From: a virus | Virus record (IMG/VR): IMGVR_UViG_3300022890_000011 | Location: 1-64,000 of that record | Direction: 5' to 3' (one strand) | DNA length: 64,000 bases | Shown here: positions 42,061-51,477 of the stretch, in pieces | Numbering within the stretch: the first letter of the stretch is position 1 | How the letters are laid out: the number at the start of each line of letters is the position of its first letter | Position numbers and translations under genes: made by a program | Notes under the pieces: model-generated | Told to the model about the DNA's origin: nothing | The model's input: only the letters and a program-made list of their open reading frames with translations | Databases searched by the model: none

Positions 42061-42414
42061 TTAGTCTAGATCATCAATTGCATCCCAAAGTTTGTTTTGT
42101 TGTATTTTTTTATGTCTCCAATGAAAAGGATCATTTTCTTCCATTTCAATTGTATATTTTTCAAAGTTCTCAACAAAATCATTAGTCAATTTAGCTTGAT
42201 CTAATGCAAATAATAATTGTTCATAGAATTGATCTGGATTATAATCTTCTTCACAAGCCTCTATTTCAGGAAAAACATCTTTAAATGGTTCTCTACCATA
42301 CTTAAAATTAAGTAATTCTACTAACTGATAAACATCAAGAAACCCAATTATATCTTCCCATGAGTTAATATCTTCATATTCATATGCTTCATTAAATTTT
42401 CTTAAATGTTTCAT
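42061..42414 (-). CDS. Leader-tagged acidic protein
   Basis: MKHLRKFNE. Confidence 0.72.
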   Translation of the reverse strand: MKHLRKFNEAYEYEDINSWEDIIGFLDVYQLVELLNFKYGREPFKDVFPEIEACEEDYNPDQFYEQLLFALDQAKLTNDFVENFEKYTIEMEENDPFHWRHKKIQQNKLWDAIDDLD

Positions 42415-42980
42415 AAATTATATTTAATTTTAACTTCTTTTAAAGCTTCTTTATATGTATTATTTTGTGGATATTTATCACATAACATTTGTATAGATTG
42501 TGTAATTTTTAATTTATTTCCTTTAGATGACATACCTCTCCCAATAATAGTATATGAAAATCCATCAATAATTTTATTAGCTGATAAATTACAATTATTA
42601 ATATCTTCTAGATCTTCATTATTTGGTAATCTATATGATGTATATGTAAATATTTTAGGTTTACATTTTTCTATAATATCAGTTAAATCTAAAGGATAAA
42701 TAGCATTTAAATGTTCTGCACAAAATTGATATCTAGAATCTTTTTTCTCAAATTCTAATATAATTGTTTTATATGTGTCATTGTGTTCACTTATAAAATT
42801 GTCAAGATAACTTTTAATTTTATCATAATTTGTAAAATCTTTTTCAGATATTCTATTTTCTTCTGTAAGAATGTGCATCCAGTAGCTTCTAACATTATCT
42901 TCATAAGGCCATTCTGGTGGTTTAATACCTAATCCAGTCCAGTTATTATTTTCATTTAAAAATTGGTCAAATTTTTTCAT
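42411..42980 (-). CDS. Leader-tagged protein
   Basis: MKKFDQFLNE ... KYNL. Confidence 0.72.
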   Translation of the reverse strand: MKKFDQFLNENNNWTGLGIKPPEWPYEDNVRSYWMHILTEENRISEKDFTNYDKIKSYLDNFISEHNDTYKTIILEFEKKDSRYQFCAEHLNAIYPLDLTDIIEKCKPKIFTYTSYRLPNNEDLEDINNCNLSANKIIDGFSYTIIGRGMSSKGNKLKITQSIQMLCDKYPQNNTYKEALKEVKIKYNL

Positions 42981-43864
42981 AATAAGTTCATTTTTTCAAT
43001 AAAAACATAAATATCCATACTTGTTTTACCTCTTACTCTTTTATGTTTATCTATTTCATCAGCAGTAAATGCTTCAATAGTTTTATATGTTCCTTTTAAT
43101 TCTTTGTTATCAAAGACTTTTACACTTTTATTTATAGTACCTATGGCACCAATTAAGAATATCCAATTATCACCTAGAACACTTTTCATAATAGATATTT
43201 TAAGTAATTTATCATCACCAACTTGCTTTCTAGTTTCTTGCATTAATTCAGTTGCCCAAGGATTGTAAAGATCTATCATTTGATCTGTATCTTTAATATC
43301 AATTTTAGTGATAGTAGTTTCTTTACCAATTGTTGTTTTTTCTTCTGATTCAATTTTACCAGATTGTATAAGTTTATTTTGATTTCTTCTTATTTCGTTA
43401 AAATCAGCTTTTTGTATTGTCCTTTCTGACATCACTCTATCATTCATTTTATAATCTTTGGGTGGTAATCTAAAGAAGTTTCCTGTGAATGTCATATGTT
43501 CTATATTTGATACATTGAATAACCTCCAAACTTTTTCATTACTTCCACCACCACTATGAGAGTAACCTTGAACATGCCATCCTCTTAAAAGTGTATTCTT
43601 TGTATTTTTATTAATACCTAAATTCATTGGATATATAACTCTTTCTCCACCTCCACCTTTATCATCTTCACCTTCATATTTTATTAGTATTATCATGCCA
43701 TTTTTAATAGCTTGAATAAGTTTTGCTTCATTATATGGTATTCTTTTATTGATAGGGAAATTTGGAACAATATCCATAATTTCTTGTGATTCAAATACTC
43801 TATATTTTGGAACGAAAATTGAATCGTTTTTTGTAGATTCTTTATGTTGTTTAAATTTTTTCAT
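42977..43864 (-). CDS. WYL-domain-like protein
   Basis: IKYEG..ERVIYP..LG..LLRGW..WRLFNVSNI. Confidence 0.65.
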   Translation of the reverse strand: MKKFKQHKESTKNDSIFVPKYRVFESQEIMDIVPNFPINKRIPYNEAKLIQAIKNGMIILIKYEGEDDKGGGGERVIYPMNLGINKNTKNTLLRGWHVQGYSHSGGGSNEKVWRLFNVSNIEHMTFTGNFFRLPPKDYKMNDRVMSERTIQKADFNEIRRNQNKLIQSGKIESEEKTTIGKETTITKIDIKDTDQMIDLYNPWATELMQETRKQVGDDKLLKISIMKSVLGDNWIFLIGAIGTINKSVKVFDNKELKGTYKTIEAFTADEIDKHKRVRGKTSMDIYVFIEKMNLL

Positions 43865-44969
43865 TAAAAATAAAATTCATTTTTTCTTCTATATTATCAG
43901 TATATTTAATCCTTAAAAGTTTAATATTTTTCTCTTCGCAGAATTTTGTTTTAATTTTATCGTGTTTTTTCACGTAGTTTAAATTTTCGACACCACCAAA
44001 ATATTCAATTGGTTTAAAATGTTGTATGCCATCATATTCTATACACATGTTTAAATTATCAAGATAAAAATCAAATGGTAATTTATTTTTATCAATACAA
44101 TCATTAAATTTTTTTTGTTTAGTATAGTTAAGATTGTTCTTTTTTAAAAATTTTGTTATAAATTTTTCTCCTTTACTTTCTTTACAAACAGGACAACCGT
44201 GTCCAGATAGATGTGAGTTTGGTGTTTGTTCAAATACACCATGTTTTTTACAAATAATTTTAACTTTTGTTGTTGCATTAAAATAATCAACCATTGAATA
44301 GTTATATTTATGTTCATGTGTTTTGATTGAATCTTTTATGAATTGTGTATTTGATTTTTTAAGTTTAATATGTGTGGATTCATTTCCACATAAATCACAA
44401 CCAAAACCTTTATGGTGATTTGATGGTGTTTGTTCAAAAATGCCATGTTTAGGACAAATTATTTTCACATTTACTTTTGCTGTAATATATTTTACTAAAA
44501 AATAATCGTATTTATTTCCGTGTATTTTTCTTGATTTATTAATGAAATGGTTTGAATCTTTCGAATATTTTGTTGAAAGATTTTCATATGAACATTTTTT
44601 ACAACCAGACATATTACTAATATGAGATTTTGGTGTTTGTTTAAAAATACCATGTTTTTTACATATAATTTTAACTTTGGTGTTGTAATTAATATAATTA
44701 ACTTTTGAATAATCGTATTTATCGCCATGTATATTTTTAGATTTTTCAATAAATTCTTCTGTCGTTAATTTTTTATTACCATTACATTTTGAGCAACCAC
44801 TTGTTCTTAAATGTTTATTTGGTGTTTGTTCAAAAATACCATGTATTTTACATATAATTTTAACTTTAGTATTATAATTAACATAATTTACTAAAGAGTA
44901 ATCATATTTATCACCATGTATTTTAATAGATTCATTTATGAATTCTTCTATTGTTTTCTTTTTTCTCAT
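43851..44969 (-). CDS. Putative homing endonuclease (YDYS/CxxHG repeats + PD-(D/E)xK), paralog of 23318
   Basis: 4 repeats; LPFDFYL...IEYDGIQH. Confidence 0.78.
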   Translation of the reverse strand: MRKKKTIEEFINESIKIHGDKYDYSLVNYVNYNTKVKIICKIHGIFEQTPNKHLRTSGCSKCNGNKKLTTEEFIEKSKNIHGDKYDYSKVNYINYNTKVKIICKKHGIFKQTPKSHISNMSGCKKCSYENLSTKYSKDSNHFINKSRKIHGNKYDYFLVKYITAKVNVKIICPKHGIFEQTPSNHHKGFGCDLCGNESTHIKLKKSNTQFIKDSIKTHEHKYNYSMVDYFNATTKVKIICKKHGVFEQTPNSHLSGHGCPVCKESKGEKFITKFLKKNNLNYTKQKKFNDCIDKNKLPFDFYLDNLNMCIEYDGIQHFKPIEYFGGVENLNYVKKHDKIKTKFCEEKNIKLLRIKYTDNIEEKMNFIFNEKI

Positions 44970-45001
44970 AATAATATATATTTTAATTTAAAAATGAAAT
45001 A

Positions 45002-45721
45002 TTATAATTTATTGGTCTTCATCATTTCTTTAACAAGTAAAGAATCAATAATATCATCAAAAGGTTTCGGTATTGTTTTTGTTGTTAGTATTTCTTTTTG
45101 GTTTTCTTCACAAAATTTAAATGCAGGACTATTTATATCACCTTCTAACATAGCTAAAAACATTTCTTTTTTATTAAATTCACCACCACTAATTCCTTGT
45201 TTATTTGTCGCAGGTGGTTGTGTTTTTAATGGTTCTCCAGTTCTTTTATTTAAAAGAACTTCGGGTTTACCATATACCATCTCACATGTTAGAGTTTTTA
45301 ATCTTTTTGGTGATATAACTCTAAAGTCTTTTATTTTTGGTATATTTTCGAAAATTTTTAATCTTATTGATTGTCCTAAACCAACTAAATCAATTATTGG
45401 ACCAGGAGAAGATTTGAAACCATATGAATATCCTTCAATACCTATATTTGTATTTTCATTTAAATCTATAACTGAAAGTATGTCTTTCAATACCATTTCA
45501 GAAATTTGACTAAATGTTTGTAATTTATAGAATTCACTTTCACTATAAATATCAGATGTATAATAAGTAAATTGTGTGTATTTAATTTGGTCTTTTGTTT
45601 TTTTAATCCATTTATAACCTAAATCTTTTGTAGTATAATTAAAAAGAAAGTCACCTTTATTAGATTCAACTGAAATAGCTGTTGAAGCTTTTGATGGATC
45701 AATTCCGATGTAATTGTTCAT
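45002..45721 (-). CDS. RuvC-like resolvase (paralog 2)
   Basis: IGIDPS, IEGYSYG, ISPKRLK, DDIIDS. Confidence 0.75.
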   Translation of the reverse strand: MNNYIGIDPSKASTAISVESNKGDFLFNYTTKDLGYKWIKKTKDQIKYTQFTYYTSDIYSESEFYKLQTFSQISEMVLKDILSVIDLNENTNIGIEGYSYGFKSSPGPIIDLVGLGQSIRLKIFENIPKIKDFRVISPKRLKTLTCEMVYGKPEVLLNKRTGEPLKTQPPATNKQGISGGEFNKKEMFLAMLEGDINSPAFKFCEENQKEILTTKTIPKPFDDIIDSLLVKEMMKTNKL

Positions 45722-45772
45722 ATTTCGTATTTATTTTTAAATATATATTATTAAATACCAATCTAAATAAAA

Positions 45773-46243
45773 ATGATTATAAATTTTAATAATTTTATAA
45801 ATGAAAAATTAGATATTTCTGATATTGAATTATATAATACTACTATGTATGATATTGAAACTGAAATTACAAATTTAGAATATGAAATTGAAGAATTAAA
45901 AACAAAAAAAGAAGAATTCAAGGATCTACATAAGAAATTATTTTTAGAAATTATAGATCTAACAGTTAAATATGGTGAAAAATTAGATTCAGATTGTTAT
46001 AATTTAAAAATTAAAGGTATAGGAGAGTTTGATAAAATAACAATATATTTAGAAAAAGAAACAAATATTGAGGATTCTTATATAGAATTAGAAACATTTA
46101 AAAATAATAAACCTGGACCTAGTGCATCAGGTAGTGTTTATGATTTTGAAGTAGATGGTCTTGAAATTTTATATAAATATTTTTGCAATTTACCAGAAGA
46201 CTTAACACCTTATTTAGAAGCAGGAAAAATGGGACTAATGTAA
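45773..46243 (+). CDS. Doubly tagged protein
   Basis: MIINFNNFINE ... LEAGKMGLM. Confidence 0.75.
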   Translation: MIINFNNFINEKLDISDIELYNTTMYDIETEITNLEYEIEELKTKKEEFKDLHKKLFLEIIDLTVKYGEKLDSDCYNLKIKGIGEFDKITIYLEKETNIEDSYIELETFKNNKPGPSASGSVYDFEVDGLEILYKYFCNLPEDLTPYLEAGKMGLM

Positions 46244-46245
46244 TA

Positions 46246-46536
46246 TTAAGAGTGTAATTTTTCTAATAATTTTTCATTTAAAAATTTTTCAATTAAATTG
46301 CATAAATGTAACCTGCCAACAAGATTTTCATCTTCATTTATACATCTAAAACCAGAACCATTATAACAAAATAAATCAATATTTTCAGTTAGTTTGATAC
46401 CTTTAAATAATAAATGAGCTAGTTGTTCATTATTACAATCTATTATTAAATCTCTAAGTTTTTTATTTATCTTAGTGTCATAATTTTTGTGATATAATTC
46501 ATGTAATACTTCTCTTATCATTTCAATATTATCCAT
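46246..46536 (-). CDS. Hypothetical protein
   Basis: 96-aa ORF. Confidence 0.55.
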   Translation of the reverse strand: MDNIEMIREVLHELYHKNYDTKINKKLRDLIIDCNNEQLAHLLFKGIKLTENIDLFCYNGSGFRCINEDENLVGRLHLCNLIEKFLNEKLLEKLHS

Positions 46537-46537
46537 T

Positions 46538-49500
46538 TTAGTAATCTAGATTTTCATCAACATACAAGTAACCTTTTTCATCAAAGAAATAATATCCACC
46601 TCCTACATTAATATAAGGATAACTATCACCAGATGCGATAGCTGATATTCTTAAATTATTATTTATTAGATGTAGATTTCTTGCTAATTTTGTATTATAC
46701 ATTTCATTATTAGTCATTCCGATACCATCTTCATTATAGTAATTTGTTTCAATATAGATATAAGGATCTACATCTTTATTTATTACGAAACTATATGGTT
46801 CTAAATCATTTTTTTGTAATTTTATATATTGTTCTGGTGCTAGTTTTAAACTACCAATAGAGTCATTTTTATATTCCTCCATCATTTCTGGATACCATGT
46901 TCCTATTGGTTGTACTTCTGAACTAACCCAATCTTCTTCTTCAATAACTTCATATATTTCTCTTGTATCATTTAAACTGAATGTTTTAATTTTACAAGTC
47001 CATCCACTTGGGATAAAATTGTCATTGGTATAAAAATTCAATGTTGTTAAATAACTTTCACCAAAGTTTTGTGTTAATGTTTTGTAAAAATGCACTACAG
47101 ATGTTGTTCTGGTAACATCAAAAGCCATTGATTGATTACTAACATCATTATTAAGATATAAATTTGTATTTGTTGTAGCAACCCCCGTTATGTCAATTAT
47201 ATTTGTTGATAATGGTAATATATTTCTTTTTAACCATCTTTTTAATCCATTTAATTTATATAATGCTTCATCAAATGTATACATTTCAACATTATCTCCA
47301 TTTTCATCAGTTAATTTATAAGCAAGATTAAATAGATTCGTTTTTTTCATGACTTCCTTTTCTTTAGGAGTTCTAATATAGTCATAAGTGTTCCAACCCT
47401 CAACACTATTATCAAAAATATCAGGTATTAAGACTTTATGTAATTTTTCATACATTGGAGATGTAGGATCAGCAGTACGATAATATTCATATAATTCTAG
47501 ATCATTATATCCGAAATAATTAATTGCATTGATTAAAGCTTTATAAGAACCTACATAATTCCATATTTCTGGATATACGGCTAACATTTCTTTTCTTTTT
47601 CTATTTAAAAGAATGTAATCTATTCCTTGTTCTTTAACATCAGATTCTTTAAAAATATATTCTAATTCTTCGCCTATGTCAACACCAATATTATGTAATC
47701 CTATATCAAATCTAATATCTTCAACTTCTGTTTGACCATAAATTGGACATCTTAAAATAGTCTTAGGTTCAACTTTAATTTTAAATTTATAACCATTTGT
47801 ATTTCCACTAGAATTAAATATAGTGAATCCAGTTATTCCTGTTAATTGTATTTCAACTTTTCCTGCCGTTATTATTTTATACTCTTGAGGATTTTCAAAA
47901 ATAGTTTCACCGGTTGTTGACAAATCATCAAATCTAAGTGACACAAATTGATCTTTTTCAAAACCTAATTTAACAAAACTAAAATTTGGTTGATTAGGAT
48001 TTGTTATTCTTAATAAACCAGTTTCATCTAATGAAAATTGTATACTATTATTATTTTCATCATTATTTGTTGTTCCACTATAAATAATATTTTCAATTTT
48101 CTCTAATAGTAAAACATTATTAGTAACACCTTCATTTTCTCCCTTAAAACCAACAAATGTTTGTAATGGTATTGGAATATAATTAGCATTACTAGAATCA
48201 TATTGATCTAAAAGATATTTAACTTCTTCGAATACTGTTTGTTGTCTTGATGGGTCATTAACATAATTAATATCCATATTTGGATACCAGTTTAGATATA
48301 AATTATTTGGGTTATTTTTATCAAATAATGGTTTTGAACCTGTATACATTCTTGTTGTTATCGTATTTCCTGTTGTGTCTACAGGTGGATAATTTTCTAA
48401 TTGTTCTCCTGAAAAATCATATAAAAACATTGAACTATCATAATCTTCTTCCCATCTAAATCTATAATAAATATCTTTATAATAACTTTCTCTAGGTTTT
48501 CTTAAAAATTCTCTAGATTGTATTATAGTATGTTCTGAACTTGAAAATATATTGAAATCATTATTAAATGAATTATCAAACGAATATCGTGTGGTTGTAT
48601 AATGTCCTTGGTATGATAATTGCATTATAGTTTCTGATAAACCAATAATATTATATTCGTGATTATTAGTAAAGAATGTATCACCACTGATAGCAACAAT
48701 CATTCCTGTTGAAAATCTTTTATCAAAGAAAGTTGTACTACCTGTAGGTGGTAATGTTCTTATTTCACTTCCTGTCACAATTATTCCTTGTGATTGTATT
48801 TCTGATAATATTTCATAATTAGAAAATGTATTAACATTTATTTCAAGATTCCAAACAGATATATTTGGATATTGTCCTTGAATAGTTAATGTATCAGCAG
48901 AACTTGATAAATTAAATCCTTTAGTAGTAAATGCATTTTGATATTCATCAATAAAATCAGTTAATGTTTGTTCTGTATTTGCACTAAACGAAATATAACT
49001 TTCCATGTTATTTAAGTTAATCCTAAATCCATATTCTTGATTATTAGTTGATAAGTCAAATTGTATTTGAGTACTGTATACTTGCGCATTTTCAGCACTA
49101 TAAACAGGCAACCATTGGCTATATAATTTATCTTGCATTTTAATATAGTATCTAGGTAATGTTGAACCTGTAAAAGTTATACCAGAATCGTCATTGATAT
49201 ATAATTTTAAATTATCGAAATATAATTCATAACTATTATCATAACTATATAAAGATTCGACTGTTATTTCTGTGTCTCCTGATGTACCACCACTATAAAC
49301 ATCTATGCCATATCTATTATTTAATAATGTTTTATATTTAATATTAAATGCTTCGATAGTATTTGCGTAAGTATCTAATACTTCTTGTGTGAATTCTACT
49401 TTAGTATCAGCTAAATAACAAATTGCATCACCAGTAAAATCAGAAGATTCTACTGTTGTAGTATCACAAATTAATTTATCTATTTTAGGTCTTTTTAACC

Positions 49501-51022
49501 TAAACATATATTCTTGTGAGTTTTCTTCTATAATATAATTAGTTAATTCATATCTTGTTGTTCTTAAATTATAAGGAACTGGATTTTTATTTGTTGTTCC
49601 GTCTGATTTGGTATATGTTAATGATTCATTTTCAATTGTATATAAATCAATTGTTCTGTACATCCAGATAGCATCTAAACTTTTTTGTTCAATGTATGTA
49701 TTTCCTCTGTCTTGTGCTTTTGCAACAACACTATCTTTCCATACTTTACTGCCTTCAATTCTACTCTCCCAATATTCAATTCTTAGATCTTTCCATTTCT
49801 TAACTGTGTTAAATGTTATTGTTCTATTATTTAATTGACTGGTTATACCAGAAAAAATAAATTGATCTCCAGTACTAAAAAAATCTTCATTTGTTAATCC
49901 TGATAGTTCAATATAGTAATCATATGTTTGATATTTTCTTGGCATTGTAGATGGTGGTGTAGTTGGATTTGTTGAAACCATCGGAAAACTTCTATTGTTG
50001 TTAAAACTTTTTGATCTAGAAGCCGAATCATTATATTCTTTTATGAATGTAACAGCAGTTGTTAAAATATTATCATATTCAACAACTTCTATAACTTTAT
50101 AAATTGGATTTGAAGCAAATGTTAAATCACCAGTATAATCTTCAAACATTATTTCTTGTCCTTCTTGTAATTCTAATATTTCTTTATCTGTGTTTAATAA
50201 TGAATTTAACCCTAAATCAAATAATATTACAGCAGTTGTGCCAGTTCCATATGATGTATTATCAATTGTAACACCACCTTTATAAACAGTTGGTCTTTCA
50301 GTTCTAACATCGAATTCTAATTTTAATTCATTTCCTGTTTGTCCTGTTGGTAATGAACAATAGTTCTGGTAAAATATTTCTGTTAAACCTATATCTAAAA
50401 CATCATTTAATCCATCATTTGTATCTGATCCAACAATCGTCAATGTTTGACCACTATAAATATTAAATCCTAAAAAATCTGTAGCAGTATCACCAGAGTA
50501 ATCATTCCATGCAATATAATTGAGACTATCTAGAGCCCATGTATTTGCACTATATGAATATGTATATAAATCATTTTGAGTTTGTGTTAAAACTGAAACT
50601 GCACCAGGTCTTGTGTCAACTATTGTATAAAAATCTTTATTAAAATCTGATGTTAAGCTAGGTCCACTGAATTTCACTATTGTTCCGATAGGATACTTTC
50701 TATCGAAATTTTCTCCAAAAATCCATTTCGAATGAAAATCACTACTTTCATTAATCTTTTGTATATTTGTAATTGTGTTTCCGCTATATGTTTCACCGAA
50801 AAATCTTATACCGTCGTAGTTATATAGTTCTATATTTCGAAATTCAAATGTATCTTCATATGTTATTGGTCTTACAGTTTCGAAAGTGTAGAATGATAAT
50901 GTTTTGAATGTATCGTTACTATTTACTGGAAAAAATAATTTTCCATTATATCTATCTGCTTCTGCATCATAAATAAAATTGTACGGATATCCTTTAGAAT
51001 TAAAGAAAAGTAAATTTTTCAC
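46538..51022 (-). CDS. Large virion structural protein (baseplate-like)
   Basis: 1494 aa, beta-rich T/S/N/Y composition; VGSYKALINAINYFGY wedge-like segment; late motif upstream. Confidence 0.6.
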   Translation of the reverse strand: MKNLLFFNSKGYPYNFIYDAEADRYNGKLFFPVNSNDTFKTLSFYTFETVRPITYEDTFEFRNIELYNYDGIRFFGETYSGNTITNIQKINESSDFHSKWIFGENFDRKYPIGTIVKFSGPSLTSDFNKDFYTIVDTRPGAVSVLTQTQNDLYTYSYSANTWALDSLNYIAWNDYSGDTATDFLGFNIYSGQTLTIVGSDTNDGLNDVLDIGLTEIFYQNYCSLPTGQTGNELKLEFDVRTERPTVYKGGVTIDNTSYGTGTTAVILFDLGLNSLLNTDKEILELQEGQEIMFEDYTGDLTFASNPIYKVIEVVEYDNILTTAVTFIKEYNDSASRSKSFNNNRSFPMVSTNPTTPPSTMPRKYQTYDYYIELSGLTNEDFFSTGDQFIFSGITSQLNNRTITFNTVKKWKDLRIEYWESRIEGSKVWKDSVVAKAQDRGNTYIEQKSLDAIWMYRTIDLYTIENESLTYTKSDGTTNKNPVPYNLRTTRYELTNYIIEENSQEYMFRLKRPKIDKLICDTTTVESSDFTGDAICYLADTKVEFTQEVLDTYANTIEAFNIKYKTLLNNRYGIDVYSGGTSGDTEITVESLYSYDNSYELYFDNLKLYINDDSGITFTGSTLPRYYIKMQDKLYSQWLPVYSAENAQVYSTQIQFDLSTNNQEYGFRINLNNMESYISFSANTEQTLTDFIDEYQNAFTTKGFNLSSSADTLTIQGQYPNISVWNLEINVNTFSNYEILSEIQSQGIIVTGSEIRTLPPTGSTTFFDKRFSTGMIVAISGDTFFTNNHEYNIIGLSETIMQLSYQGHYTTTRYSFDNSFNNDFNIFSSSEHTIIQSREFLRKPRESYYKDIYYRFRWEEDYDSSMFLYDFSGEQLENYPPVDTTGNTITTRMYTGSKPLFDKNNPNNLYLNWYPNMDINYVNDPSRQQTVFEEVKYLLDQYDSSNANYIPIPLQTFVGFKGENEGVTNNVLLLEKIENIIYSGTTNNDENNNSIQFSLDETGLLRITNPNQPNFSFVKLGFEKDQFVSLRFDDLSTTGETIFENPQEYKIITAGKVEIQLTGITGFTIFNSSGNTNGYKFKIKVEPKTILRCPIYGQTEVEDIRFDIGLHNIGVDIGEELEYIFKESDVKEQGIDYILLNRKRKEMLAVYPEIWNYVGSYKALINAINYFGYNDLELYEYYRTADPTSPMYEKLHKVLIPDIFDNSVEGWNTYDYIRTPKEKEVMKKTNLFNLAYKLTDENGDNVEMYTFDEALYKLNGLKRWLKRNILPLSTNIIDITGVATTNTNLYLNNDVSNQSMAFDVTRTTSVVHFYKTLTQNFGESYLTTLNFYTNDNFIPSGWTCKIKTFSLNDTREIYEVIEEEDWVSSEVQPIGTWYPEMMEEYKNDSIGSLKLAPEQYIKLQKNDLEPYSFVINKDVDPYIYIETNYYNEDGIGMTNNEMYNTKLARNLHLINNNLRISAIASGDSYPYINVGGGYYFFDEKGYLYVDENLDY

Positions 51023-51147
51023 AAATCTTAATTTGATTTTTACTTATATATTAAATATGATTCACTAAAACAAATTAATATTTCTTATAGAAAAAATAAA
51101 CTTTTTGGGTGTTGTCTTTTATAAGTAACAAAATAAATACATTTTGA

Positions 51148-51426
51148 ATGGAAATAAATTTAAGAGATAACATCATTTTTTGCAAATATACTAATTATAC
51201 AGACATGAAGAAAGTAATATTAAAATTTATAATGGATTCTAAAACTGATAGAATTTTATATAAAGGTAACCCTAGTGATGTTAATTACAAATTATTGAAA
51301 AAAGTGTTACCAGAAAAAAATGATGATTTTTATAATCATGTCGAAGAAGGTGAAACAATAAGAGATACTTTTAATAATTTTATTAATTTAATTGAATGTG
51401 AATATTGTTTAATTTATAAAAAGTAA
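51148..51426 (+). CDS. Hypothetical protein
   Basis: 92-aa ORF. Confidence 0.55.
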   Translation: MEINLRDNIIFCKYTNYTDMKKVILKFIMDSKTDRILYKGNPSDVNYKLLKKVLPEKNDDFYNHVEEGETIRDTFNNFINLIECEYCLIYKK

Positions 51427-51477
51427 GTATTCGTATAATCATTTTTTAATATATAGATAAAATTGAATTTTTTTATT

